From Myxococcales bacterium (lineage in GTDB: Bacteria > Myxococcota_A > UBA9042): a DNA stretch of 54,304 nt. The notes beneath the pieces are model-generated. The model had not been told where the DNA came from. It ran no database searches and was given only the letters and a program-made list of their open reading frames with translations. Location: positions 1 through 54,304 of the forward strand of contig JBBISH010000029.1 in assembly GCA_037441385.1 (NCBI GenBank), written 5' to 3'. The first letter of the stretch is position 1. Each line of letters begins with the position of its first letter. Of this stretch, positions 1 through 9,600 are shown one piece after another. The position numbers were made by a program, and so were the translations under genes.

Positions 1-296
1 GAAGTGTCCAGCTACTGGCTCAGGCCGCGCAACGCCAAAGTGTGCCGTTAGCGCTGGTCCGTCCTCGCGGTGGAGCATTGATAGAGCTATGATTTATTGT
101 GGGTTTGTTGGTTCTAGATCCGGTGGGTTGCGTTTTGGGGACTTGGAGGGTGTCGGGCGTGCGGGTTGCAGGGAGGTCTGGCGGCACGCGGGCCTTTGTC
201 CCTGCGCCGTCGGACTGCGGGAACCCCTTTCGGTCGCGGCGGCCAACGGGCGGGCGATCACACCACTTGCGACCCAGGCCCCTGCGCTGCTGGGGC

Positions 297-2141
297 TCAC
301 GGCCCCGCCACACACCGCACCCGGTTGCCAGCCTGCAGTAGGTGTCCTACGGCATCGCCCAGGCTGAAGTCGATGGCCCAGGCGAAGTTGGCGGCGCCGG
401 TGGGCGTGGCGGTCCAGTACCACGAGCTGGCGTTGCTGAAGTGGATGCGGATGCGCTGGCCTTGCGGGCGCGCTGGGTCGATGAGGGCGGTCAGCTCGGC
501 GCGGCTGGGTAGACGCCAATCGGTGCGGCCTGCCAGGCGCAAATTCCGGCAATAGCCGTGAGCTTCAGCCCAGTTCAGGCTGTAGGGCGAACCGGCCGCT
601 TGCCAGGTCAGGCCGGTCGCAGTGTCTGCCACCGTTTGGTCGGGACGGGCCAGCCAGCGGAGATCGCGTGGCTTTTCGGGCTCCGCTGCGCGCGGGCGCG
701 GCGTCGGGCGGGCTGGCGGCAAGGGGGTGGCGGGCGCGGCCACAGGCTCGGCGGCGGGCAGGGCAGGGGAAGCCGGTTTCGCAGCCACCTCAGGCGCTTC
801 AGGGATGGCTGGGGCGCGGGCCGCGGGGCCTTCGGCGCTGGCCGGGGCCGCCGCGGGGAGCGTGTCGGCCGTTACCGCAGGGATCACCGGCCGCTGATAC
901 GACCACACCACCAGCAGCACGATGCCGACGAGCAGCACTGCGCCCGACACGATCAGGCCGGTGGCGGCGTAGGCACTGCGCGGACCGGCGGGCGTGCTGC
1001 TGGCCGGCTGGGCAGAGGCCAAGGCCAGGCGCAGGCGGTCGTTTTCGCGCTCCAGCTCGCTGGCGCGGCTTTGCCAGTAGGCGTCGGTCGGGGAGCGCTG
1101 CGCGCGGGCTTCCAGCAACTGCGACAGGCCGTTCCATAGCGCCGCCGCCGAGTCCAGTCGCGCTTTGGGGTCGTACGCGACGGCCTTGCTCAGGAATGCT
1201 CGCTCGGCGCGGCTCAGGCCGGCCAGGTCGGCCAGGGGATCGAAACCAGGCTGCAGCTTGCGTCGGTCGATCTCGTCTACCGGTACGCCTTCCAGAAGGC
1301 GCTGGCCCGCCAGCAACTCGGCGAACAGGCAGGCCGCGGCATATAGGTCGGTCCACGGGCCGATCGACCCGCCGCTGAGCTGCTCCGGGGCCATGTAGCG
1401 CGGCGTCCCGGCCAGGCTGCGGGTCCGCAATCCGTCGCCCACAAACCTGGCGAGCCCAAAGTCCACGAGTTTCGGTACCAATTCCGGGTCGCGGCCGGTC
1501 AGCAGGATATTGGCCGGCTTGATGTCGCGGTGCACGATGCCCAGGGTGTGGGCGGCGGTCAGCCCCTTGCAGACCCCGGCCAGGATCTGCCGCAGTTCGG
1601 CGATCGCAAAGCCCGTTGTGCCTTGCCGTGTGCGCATTTCACTTTCCAGTGAACGACAATCCTCCAGGTACTCCATCGCCAGCCACGGACGGGCCTCGCC
1701 CAGGCCGTCCGCCAAATAGCGCACGATGTTGCTGTCTTGCAGGGTCTTGAGGGCCGCCACCTCGCGCTGCAGGGCCGACTCGCCCGCCGCGCCCTCCTCG
1801 GCCGCCCCGGCGGCATGGCTGTGCAGCAGCTTTAGGGCCACCCGCCGGCCGCGCGGGTCCACCGCCTGGAAAACTCGACCGAATTGCCCCGCACCCACAA
1901 AGCCGAGGAGCACGAATTCGCCCACCGCGGTGCCGATGGCGCGCGACGAGTCGATATCCCCTTGCTGATGCGCCTGTTCGGCCCATGGCTCGGGCAGGAA
2001 GCGATAGCCCCACTTCTGGCAGGCGCGGTTCGGGCACTCGGTCAGGCCTTCGCCGCGGCCGCCGCACTGCGGACAGGTGCCGGGCCGACCGTCGCGAACC
2101 AGCCACAGATCGACCAGATTCTCTCTACTGTTTGCGCTCAT
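297..2141 (-). CDS. Membrane-anchored Hanks-type Ser/Thr protein kinase with N-terminal Cys cluster and C-terminal DUF1566/Lcl-like domain
   Basis: Kinase motifs GAGQFGRV, VALK, HRDIKPAN, DFG, YMAPE. TM segment (LIVSGAVLLVGIVLLVVW), Pro/Ala linker, then 'TVADTATGLTWQ...WAEAHGYC...GRTDWRLPSRAEL...YWTAT...VRCV', typical of DUF1566. N-terminal CPQC...CPNRAC. Confidence 0.9.
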   Translation of the reverse strand: MSANSRENLVDLWLVRDGRPGTCPQCGGRGEGLTECPNRACQKWGYRFLPEPWAEQAHQQGDIDSSRAIGTAVGEFVLLGFVGAGQFGRVFQAVDPRGRRVALKLLHSHAAGAAEEGAAGESALQREVAALKTLQDSNIVRYLADGLGEARPWLAMEYLEDCRSLESEMRTRQGTTGFAIAELRQILAGVCKGLTAAHTLGIVHRDIKPANILLTGRDPELVPKLVDFGLARFVGDGLRTRSLAGTPRYMAPEQLSGGSIGPWTDLYAAACLFAELLAGQRLLEGVPVDEIDRRKLQPGFDPLADLAGLSRAERAFLSKAVAYDPKARLDSAAALWNGLSQLLEARAQRSPTDAYWQSRASELERENDRLRLALASAQPASSTPAGPRSAYAATGLIVSGAVLLVGIVLLVVWSYQRPVIPAVTADTLPAAAPASAEGPAARAPAIPEAPEVAAKPASPALPAAEPVAAPATPLPPARPTPRPRAAEPEKPRDLRWLARPDQTVADTATGLTWQAAGSPYSLNWAEAHGYCRNLRLAGRTDWRLPSRAELTALIDPARPQGQRIRIHFSNASSWYWTATPTGAANFAWAIDFSLGDAVGHLLQAGNRVRCVAGP

Positions 2142-2287
2142 GCCCAGGATTCGCGGTCACAGCCTGCTTGCGTCAAGCCATTGTCCCTGCAACGGCAAAA
2201 GGTAGCAACGACTGCGACCGGGCGAACGAACTGTCACTCACCCTTGCCGCCCCTCGCCGACATGCGCACAATGACAGCGAGGTCACC

Positions 2288-2917
2288 ATGCCGCAGCCCA
2301 AGCTCAACACGCCCCGGTCTTTCACCTACGCCGACTACCAGCACTGGGACGACGGCCAACGCTGGGAGCTCATCGACGGCGAAGCCTACGCGATGTCGCC
2401 CGCGCCTGTGGTCGACCACCAGACCGTGGTGGGCGAGGTGTTCCGGCAGGTCGCCAACGCCCTTCACGGCCAGCCCTGCAAGCCCATGCTCTCGCCGCTC
2501 GACGTGCTGCTGCCGGTCTCGCAAGAGGCCAACGACGACGTGACCACCACGGTCCAGCCCGACGTGCTGATCGTCTGTGATCCCAGCAAGATCGAGCGCA
2601 AGTGCGTGCGCGGCGCCCCGGACTTCATCCTGGAAGTCGTTTCGCCCGGTCACGCCAGCTACGACCACGTCCGCAAGCGCCGCCGCTACGAGCAGGCCGG
2701 CGTGCGCGAGCTGTGGCTGGTCGACCCCGCCGAGCGCGTGCTGTGGGTCTACGTGCTGGAAGAGGGGGCCTATCGTTCGGTCTCTGTTCAAGAATTGCTT
2801 GGGACTACGCCCCTGGCCATCCTGCCCCAGGTGGCCGTCCACTGGGACGAGGTGGTGGCCCAATTGCCGCCGCTGCCCGCGGATGCGCCGGAGCATCCGA
2901 GCGAGCCGCTGGTCTAG
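2288..2917 (+). CDS. Uma2 family (PD-(D/E)XK) endonuclease-like protein
   Basis: 'FTYADY...RWELIDG...MSPAP...H', 'VQPDVLIVCD', 'GAPDFILEVVSP', 'K...YEQAGVRELWLVDP'. ATG at 2288 chosen over the ORF-track start. Confidence 0.9.
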   Translation: MPQPKLNTPRSFTYADYQHWDDGQRWELIDGEAYAMSPAPVVDHQTVVGEVFRQVANALHGQPCKPMLSPLDVLLPVSQEANDDVTTTVQPDVLIVCDPSKIERKCVRGAPDFILEVVSPGHASYDHVRKRRRYEQAGVRELWLVDPAERVLWVYVLEEGAYRSVSVQELLGTTPLAILPQVAVHWDEVVAQLPPLPADAPEHPSEPLV

Positions 2918-3064
2918 ACGCCAATCGCAGCGCCCAGCCCCCTTGCCAGCCCGGCCTGCTTGTGTGATCTTCGGCGCGTTCGCGGAGTCGACAGGCCTAA
3001 GCAGCGTGCCCATGGCCGCGCTCCCTCCCCGACCCTCTCTCGGCGACCCATTTGGAGAAAGTCC

Positions 3065-3436
3065 ATGTCGTTCATGACCCAATTCGAGTTCACCCTGCCG
3101 CGCGGTTACGTCGACAAAGACGGCGTCGTCCACAAGAAGGGCGTGATGCGCCTCGCGACCGCCAAGGACGAGATTTTGCCGCTGCAGGACTACCGCGTGC
3201 AGAACAACCGCGCGTACTTGGTCATCATTCTGCTGTCGCGCGTGATCGAGCAGCTGGGCTCGCTCAAGTCGATCAACCCGTCGATTATCGAGTCGCTGTT
3301 CTCGGTCGACCTCGCCTACCTGCAGGACTTCTACCGCCGCGTCAACGAAGAAGGCACGGCGATGATCAAGGCCAAGTGCCCCGAGTGCGGCCACCAGTTC
3401 GAGGTCGACACCGGAGGTGATCTGGGGGAATCGTAA
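3065..3436 (+). CDS. Contractile injection system tail assembly chaperone (gpG-like)
   Basis: 'TQFEFTLPRGYVD..G.VH..GVMRLATAKDEILPLQDYRV..N.AYL.IILLSRVI', C-terminal CPEC, ends 'LGES'. GGAG SD upstream; directly precedes the sheath gene. Confidence 0.8.
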   Translation: MSFMTQFEFTLPRGYVDKDGVVHKKGVMRLATAKDEILPLQDYRVQNNRAYLVIILLSRVIEQLGSLKSINPSIIESLFSVDLAYLQDFYRRVNEEGTAMIKAKCPECGHQFEVDTGGDLGES

Positions 3437-3594
3437 GCTACCCCCTGGAACGGCTCTACCAGGAGGTAGCGTACATCGCCTACCACTTCCATTGGCCGCT
3501 CGACGAGATTCTGGACATGGAGCACAAAGAGCGCCAGGTCTGGGTCAAGGAGATCTCCGAAATCAATAAGGAGATCAACAAGTCGCGCAAGTAG
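3427..3594 (+). CDS. DUF6760-like small CIS protein (gpT-like), probably expressed as a -1 frameshift fusion to the upstream chaperone
   Basis: Not in the ORF track. Reads GIVSYPLERLYQEVAYIAYHFHWPLDEILDMEHKERQVWVKEISEINKEINKSRK* (TAG 3592-3594). In-frame TGA at 3418-3420 and no ATG/GTG/TTG ahead of the conserved part. G-GGG-GAA at 3424-3430. Confidence 0.8.
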   Translation, partial: GIVSYPLERLYQEVAYIAYHFHWPLDEILDMEHKERQVWVKEISEINKEINKSRK

Positions 3595-3686
3595 TCTGCA
3601 GTCTTGGGCGGCGCCGCGCCTAAGCCGCGTCCCCGCACCATCACGGGAGTGCCAGCCGGTCAGCCCGCCCGGACAGTAGGAGCAGC

Positions 3687-5483
3687 ATGGTCAACAACCG
3701 CGCCCCCGGTGTCTTCATGGAGCGCGGCCCCTCGCGGCCGACCGAGCTTGGCTTGTTGCCCAGTGGGATCCCCGTGTTCCTGGGCATGGCCCAGCGCGGC
3801 CCCACCAACGAGCCGGTTCGCGTCACCAGCATCGAGCAGTTCTACAGCGTCTTTGGCAAGCTGCCAGCCGAGATCGACACCTTCCTCGCGGCTTCGATCG
3901 ACGGGTTTTTCCTGAACGGTGGCCGCGAGTGCTACGTGATGCGCATCGCGCACTTGTTCGACCAGCCCACTGACGACGACCGCCCGAATTTCCGCGCTGG
4001 CGCGCCCGACCGCTTCGACTTCGCCATCAAGAGCTCCGCACGGCTCCGCGACGGTGCCAAGCAGAACACCCTGCTGGCCCAGGCGATGAGCGAGGGTGTG
4101 TGGGGCAACGAGATCCGCGTGTCGGTGGTGGCGCGGCCTTCGCCGGTGCAGACCTTCCTGACCGTCGACGGCCAGCCGGGCGACAACACGGTGATGGTCA
4201 AGTCGACCTACGGCTTTGCCCGCGGTACCCAGATCAAGCTGAGCGACGGCGTGCACGAGGCCTACCGCGTCATCACCGCCGTAGAAGGCCGCGTGCTGTA
4301 CTGGGGCGAGCGCGAGCCGCTCGAGACTACCTTCGCCTCGTCCGCGCCCACGCTCGTCGAGCCGGTGCACTTCGACCTCATCGCCGAAACCCACAGTCAG
4401 CGCGAGGTGTTCCGCGATCTCAACCTGGCCCGCCAGTCGCCCCGTTTTGCCGAGCGCGTCGTCAACGGTGTCTCGCAGCTCATCACGGTGACCGATCTGT
4501 CCAGCGACTCGCCGATGCCGCTGGCGTTTCCGGTCGAGGTGGCGAACCAGCGCTTGGAGGGCGGCGCCGACGGCCTGTTTACGGTCCGTCCCGAAGACTT
4601 CAACGGCATGGACAACGGCCCAGGCCAGCGCTATGGCCTGCTGGGTATTGCCGATTTTGAGCAGACCGACCTGGTGTGCATGCCGGACCTGGCTTGGTGC
4701 GTCAAGCGGGGCCTGTGGACGGTGCGCGACATGGAGGTCGTGCAGCAGCAGGCGGTGGCGATCTGCGAAGAGAAGCAGGACCGCTTTGCCATCCTGGACG
4801 TTCCGCCCGACTACACGCCCACCGGGGCCATGCAGTGGCGGCGCCTGTTCGACACTTCTTACGCGGCCCTGTACTACCCCTTTGTCAAGCCCAACAATTC
4901 GGCGCGGTTCGTCCCGCCGTCGGGCCACGTCGCCGGCATTTTCGCCCGCTGCGACCGCGAGATGGGCGTATACCGCGCGCCGGCCAACGAGGCGTTCCAA
5001 GGGGTGGTCGATCTGCAGCTCATCCTGCAGCAAGGCGATCTGGCCATGCTGAACGGCGAGGGCGTCAACTGCCTGCAGGTCCTGGGGCAGCGCGGTATCC
5101 GCGTCTGGGGTGCCCGCACCGCATCGTCCGAGCCGCAACTGCTGTACATCAACGTACGCCGCACGATCCTGGCCATTGCCCGCGCCCTGTATCGCGGCCT
5201 GCAGTGGGTGGTTTTCGAGCCCAACGACTACCAGCTGTGGCACATCATCCAGCGCGACGTGGGTTTCTTCCTCGATGCGCTGTGGCGGCAGGGCTATCTA
5301 AAGGGCGAAAGTGCCGAGCAGGCCTACGTCGTGCGCTGCGACGAGTCGGTCAACAACGCCGAGTCGATCACGCTCGGTCAGGTCGCGGTCGACGTCTGGC
5401 TGGCCCCGTTCCGCCCTGCCGAGTTCATCGGCGTGCACGTGGTGCAAGAAGTCGACTCGATGGCGCAAGAAGGTGGGGTCTAG
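3687..5483 (+). CDS. Contractile tail sheath protein (Afp2/3/4, gp18-like)
   Basis: 'APGVFME', 'FLGMAQRGP', 'GFFLNGGRECYVMRI', 'RFAILDVP', 'YAALYYP', 'PPSGHVAGIFAR.D', 'RAPANE', 'GIRVWGART', 'YINVRR', 'WVVFEPND', 'LAPFRPAEFI'. AGGAG SD. Confidence 0.95.
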   Translation: MVNNRAPGVFMERGPSRPTELGLLPSGIPVFLGMAQRGPTNEPVRVTSIEQFYSVFGKLPAEIDTFLAASIDGFFLNGGRECYVMRIAHLFDQPTDDDRPNFRAGAPDRFDFAIKSSARLRDGAKQNTLLAQAMSEGVWGNEIRVSVVARPSPVQTFLTVDGQPGDNTVMVKSTYGFARGTQIKLSDGVHEAYRVITAVEGRVLYWGEREPLETTFASSAPTLVEPVHFDLIAETHSQREVFRDLNLARQSPRFAERVVNGVSQLITVTDLSSDSPMPLAFPVEVANQRLEGGADGLFTVRPEDFNGMDNGPGQRYGLLGIADFEQTDLVCMPDLAWCVKRGLWTVRDMEVVQQQAVAICEEKQDRFAILDVPPDYTPTGAMQWRRLFDTSYAALYYPFVKPNNSARFVPPSGHVAGIFARCDREMGVYRAPANEAFQGVVDLQLILQQGDLAMLNGEGVNCLQVLGQRGIRVWGARTASSEPQLLYINVRRTILAIARALYRGLQWVVFEPNDYQLWHIIQRDVGFFLDALWRQGYLKGESAEQAYVVRCDESVNNAESITLGQVAVDVWLAPFRPAEFIGVHVVQEVDSMAQEGGV

Positions 5484-5514
5484 GGGCACCACCCTGCCAC
5501 ATTTCGCGTGACCC

Positions 5515-5530
5515 TGGCACGCATTGTGCA
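5515..5530 (+). promoter_or_regulatory. Putative sigma-54 (-24/-12) promoter upstream of the tube gene
   Basis: TGGCACGCATTGTGCA: one mismatch to TGGCACGNNNNTTGCW, exact GG-N10-GC spacing, in a 264-bp intergenic gap. Confidence 0.6.
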
Positions 5531-5747
5531 TACGATGATGGACGACGACGGCGGTGACGAACCCGGGCGCGACCCGTCAACAACCACCCCGTACAAGCAC
5601 AAGTGCTAACAGCGACTGCAACGACTCGCGCGCACTGACCCCGTCCGGGGTATCCCGCGCCGCGGTCGCCCAGTTCAAGACCAGCCCTGCTGCAATGGCA
5701 GCGCCGCTGCGCAACCCGTTCCACGTACCGGATTTTCGGAGGAAACC

Positions 5748-6572
5748 ATGGCAGCCAACCTCCCCACTACCCAGCCCGCCAGTCCGAGCTCGCCCAAGGC
5801 GTCGGGCTCTCGCAGTCGCGCCTTGCTGGTGGCCGCGGAGCCTTCGCGCTCGCAGGGCAACCTGGTCGCACTGCCGGCCACTGCGCCGGAGTGGATCGGC
5901 CCGCACGGCGAAGAGCAGTTGGCCCTCGCCGCCATGGACCAGCCTAAAAAGCCTGCGCCCAAGCCGGCTAAGCCCGCGCCCAAGCCAGCCAAGCCCGCGC
6001 CCAAGACGCCCGCCAAGACTCCTGCCAAGCCCAAAGCTGCGGCGCCCAAGCCGTGGCAGCCGCCTGTCCTCGACATGGTGGTCCCGGTCGGCGGTGGCGG
6101 TCAGGCCTCGCACAGCACCAAAGAGCCGGGTGACCCCGACGTTGCCTACGCCTTCAACCTGTTCATCACCGGCACGAAGTACGGAATGTTCAGCGAGATC
6201 GGTGGCTTGTCGTGGAAGGCCGAGCCCGTGCCAGTGCGCTCGGGCGGCAACAACGAGTGGGTGCACAGCCTGCGCGGCCCGGGCAAGTTCGAGCCCTTGA
6301 CGCTCAAGCGCGGCTGGTTCGCCTCGACCGGCGAGTTCTTCAACCTACTGCAGCTCGGCCTGCAGGGCACCAAGATTCCCACCGGCGCCGCCGGTCGGTT
6401 TACCTTGACAATCGAGTGCTTGGACCGCGGCTACCAGCCGATCGGCTACTACGATTTCGTCGAGTGCTTCTTTGTCGAGTACACCGGCCCCGGCTTCAAT
6501 TCGATGTCGGGTCAGGTCGGCTTCGAGCAGATTCGCGTCGCGTATGACTACTTTACCTACAGCCCCGCCTAG
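5748..6572 (+). CDS. Tail tube protein (T4 gp19/Afp1-5 family) with ~125-aa N-terminal low-complexity Lys/Pro/Ala extension
   Basis: C-terminal 'FSEIGGL...RSGGNNEWVHSLRGPGKFEPLTLKRG...YTGPGFNSMSGQVGFEQIRVAYDYF' is gp19-like. Strong SD GGAGG before ATG 5748. Confidence 0.85.
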   Translation: MAANLPTTQPASPSSPKASGSRSRALLVAAEPSRSQGNLVALPATAPEWIGPHGEEQLALAAMDQPKKPAPKPAKPAPKPAKPAPKTPAKTPAKPKAAAPKPWQPPVLDMVVPVGGGGQASHSTKEPGDPDVAYAFNLFITGTKYGMFSEIGGLSWKAEPVPVRSGGNNEWVHSLRGPGKFEPLTLKRGWFASTGEFFNLLQLGLQGTKIPTGAAGRFTLTIECLDRGYQPIGYYDFVECFFVEYTGPGFNSMSGQVGFEQIRVAYDYFTYSPA

Positions 6573-6612
6573 TCCGTAGGTCGTAGTCCAACCGCAGCTT
6601 GGGGAGGTACCC

Positions 6613-9600
6613 GTGGCTGAAAATACTCAAGATCTGGCCAACCAGAGCTCGACCGGCACGGCCGACGTCTTGACGCTCCACCACGCCATCGTCGCGCGCT
6701 GGGGCAACGAGCGTTCGCTGAGCCAACGGACGGCTTCTGCGTTCGATGCCAGTTCGGGCCGCCACAGCGATTGGATCGGCGGGCTCCACGGCCTCGCGTC
6801 TCTGGGCGGCAGCTTTGGGCCGCAAGCCTGGAACATCGCGTCCGAATTGGCCACGGCTCCGCAACTGCTGCAGCGCCTCAGCCCAGCTATGCGCGCGCTG
6901 CAGGTCGGCGAACTGGCTGACTTGGTGCAGATCATCCTCGAAGAAGAGGAGAACAGCGCCGAATTGGCCGATCTGGAAGAGCAGGTGTCAGCGACGGCGG
7001 CGGCGCGGGCCAACTCGGCGAAAGCGGGAGCCCAGGCAGGCAAGTCCCGCCATGCAGCCAAGGTGGCCAACGCGCAGGCGTCGCGCTCGCCCGCTCCCAA
7101 GAAGGCGGGGGCGACCAAGAAGTCCGCAGCTGTGCAAGGAAAGCTCCGCGAACTGCGGCGGTTGCTGACTCAGCTCCGCAGCGGCGCCGATGCCGCGGCA
7201 AGTGGGGCGTCGATGCCCCAGCAGGCCGGGGACGTGGGGCCGCTCAGCCCCAACGCGACGATCGCTCACGCGGCCGAGTCGGCGGTTCGCGTGCAGACTG
7301 CGTCGGCCGACCAGGCTCGGCAACCGATCGCCCAAGCCTGGCGCGATGTTCCGGCAGGTGGCGCTCTGGCGGCCATGCTGGCCCGCTCGACCGCCGTCCA
7401 GGCGGCTGGCGGCGCTCTGCCTCCATCGGGTTCGGCGGCCAATACGCCGTCGCAGCGCGCGATGGCGCTGAATCCGTGGGCAGCGGTGGCGCAAGTCCAG
7501 GCCGAATTGCCCTCGCGCGCCTTGCGCATGGCCGAAGCTGCGGCCGACATGGGCTTTGTGAATTTGGCCCCCGAAGCCGGCGATGCCCCGGCCTTTGATG
7601 CGGCCAGCGCTGGTGCGGTCTCGGCCGCTCCCAGCAGCGCCGCGATCGCTGGCGTCGCTCCCGCCGCTCGGCCCACGGCGCAGAACGCACGTACGGCCCA
7701 GGCCAACGCTCAGCCGCAAGCGACTCAGCAAGTCCGCGCTGCACAACAGGCTGCCGCTCCTGCCCAAAGCACCCAGGCTGGGGCCCGCGCTGCTCAGCCG
7801 ACGGCCGCCGCCCGCGTGGCGGGCCCCGTGGCTGCGCTGGCGCCCACCACGCGCCGGTCCGGTCAGGGTTCAGCTTTGGCGAATTTTGCGGCCGCGCAGC
7901 GTCAGTGGTTGGGGCTGGCGCCCGCGACGCTGTCTGCGACGGCTCCCGCGCTGCGCGAGGCCGCGGCCGCTGTTGCACAATCGCCGGTGGCGGGGGCTCT
8001 CTCCGCTACAGTCACCCTCTCCGCTACAGACACTCGCCCCAACACAGACACTCGCCCCAACACAGACACTCGCCCCAACACAGACACTCGCTCCAACACA
8101 GACAAGGGCAGGGTTCGTGGCCGGGCCGCCAAGGGCGTGCAGACCAACGACTTGGTGCAAGGCGTCGCCGGACCGGCCCTGGCCGCGGGGACCATGGCGG
8201 ACGTAGCCGCCGCGGGCCAGAGCAGCTTGCCGCTCGCGTCCCCGGCTTTGCCTGCCCCGTTGGCGGGTCAGCAGCCGGCTTCTGGGCGCGCAACGGTCGC
8301 GCTGCAGGGCATGGTTTCGCTCGCGCATCAGACCTGGCTGCGCGGCGAGCGTGCGGCGTCGTTGGCGCTTCGCGCCCATGCAGCGGGCCAGACCGTGCCG
8401 TCGCAGTTGGCCGCGGCCAGTGAACCTGCGTCGGCGTGGATGCGCTGGGCGGACGCGGCCGTGCAAGCCTACTCAGGTGCGGCGCTGGCTGGCAGCCCAG
8501 TCGGTACCGCGGTCCGCGAGTCGGCCCTGGCCGGCACCTCTCCCGACCGTTCGATGCTTGAGTTGGCGGCCGAAGCGGAAGCGGCTGCCGATGCTAGTGA
8601 TTTTGCGCTTCGCTCCGACACGGGTCGCGCTGCACTTGGTGGTGCCACTCCCGCTCGCGCTGCCTCGGCGTTGCCCGCGTGGTTGGCGCCGCGCGCCGCC
8701 CTCCAGGGACTGCGCCAAGCCCAGGCCACGGCCGCTCCGGCTCAGTCCCGCGCTGCGGTTGCGGCTCCAGCAGCTGTCGCGACCGTCAAATCGGCGCCGG
8801 CCCTGCGCAACGTGACGGCAGCGTTGGGCGAACCAGCCGCTGGTCCCGTGGGTGTCTTTGCCGAGCAGGCTGGGACGAGTCCCGCGACGTTCAGCCCGCG
8901 CGCTGCGACAGCAGAGTTGGCAACCCTGCGGACTCGCATGGGGCTTCCTGGGCTGATCGGCGCAGTGGCCGACGGCGTGGGCGCTCGGGTCGCTGGTCGG
9001 TCTGGCATGCCCAGCGGGACTGCCGATCTGGGCTGGTCCAAGCTGGCTGCGCCTACTGCGGCGAGCGGCCAAGTGGTCCGCGAGGCCCCAGGCGAGTGGC
9101 TGGACACCAGCGCGGAAGCGTTGGAAGCCGCGGCTGTCGCTGCTGAATCCGCCGCTCAGAACGGGGCGACGCGGCGTTTGGCCCAAGGGCAAACGGCTGC
9201 GGGTCCTGCGATTGCCGCCGCCAAGGCGGGTCAGGCGGCGCGTACGGTCGCCGCCGCAGCGTCCGTCGGTGCGGTCAAGGCCGTCGGCATGGGTCAGACG
9301 CCCGCGATCGCGGCCGCTGCCCGGGCCATCGACTTCTTGCGTGGCCGGATGCAAAGCCAGATCGCGCCTGCGCAAGTGGGCCATGGTGTCGTGGATCAGG
9401 TGGCAGGCCTGGGCGACCAGGGCCTGTTGGCGGTCCGCCCGATGGGCCGGGCCGACGCGCTGAGTCAGTGGCTGCGGCCAGCGGCCGAGCGGCAAGCGCA
9501 AGCCGATCGCGGCGAAACGGCGGGCGAACTGCTTGGGTTGGTCGACGAGACCGCGACCGACGACGCCGGGTCGCAGGCCGGTGCCAGCCATACCGCGGCG

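Noticed and set aside
1..296. Short ORFs at the window start
   Set aside because: No recognisable motifs or SD; cannot be judged without flanking sequence.
2288..2917. Uma2 nuclease as a CIS toxin effector
   Set aside because: Uma2 genes are common multi-copy genes in such genomes; there is no loading leader or immunity partner, and adjacency alone is not enough.
7999..8103. Short repeats as a possible CRISPR array
   Set aside because: Head-to-tail 18-bp units without spacers, in frame inside a CDS; no cas genes.
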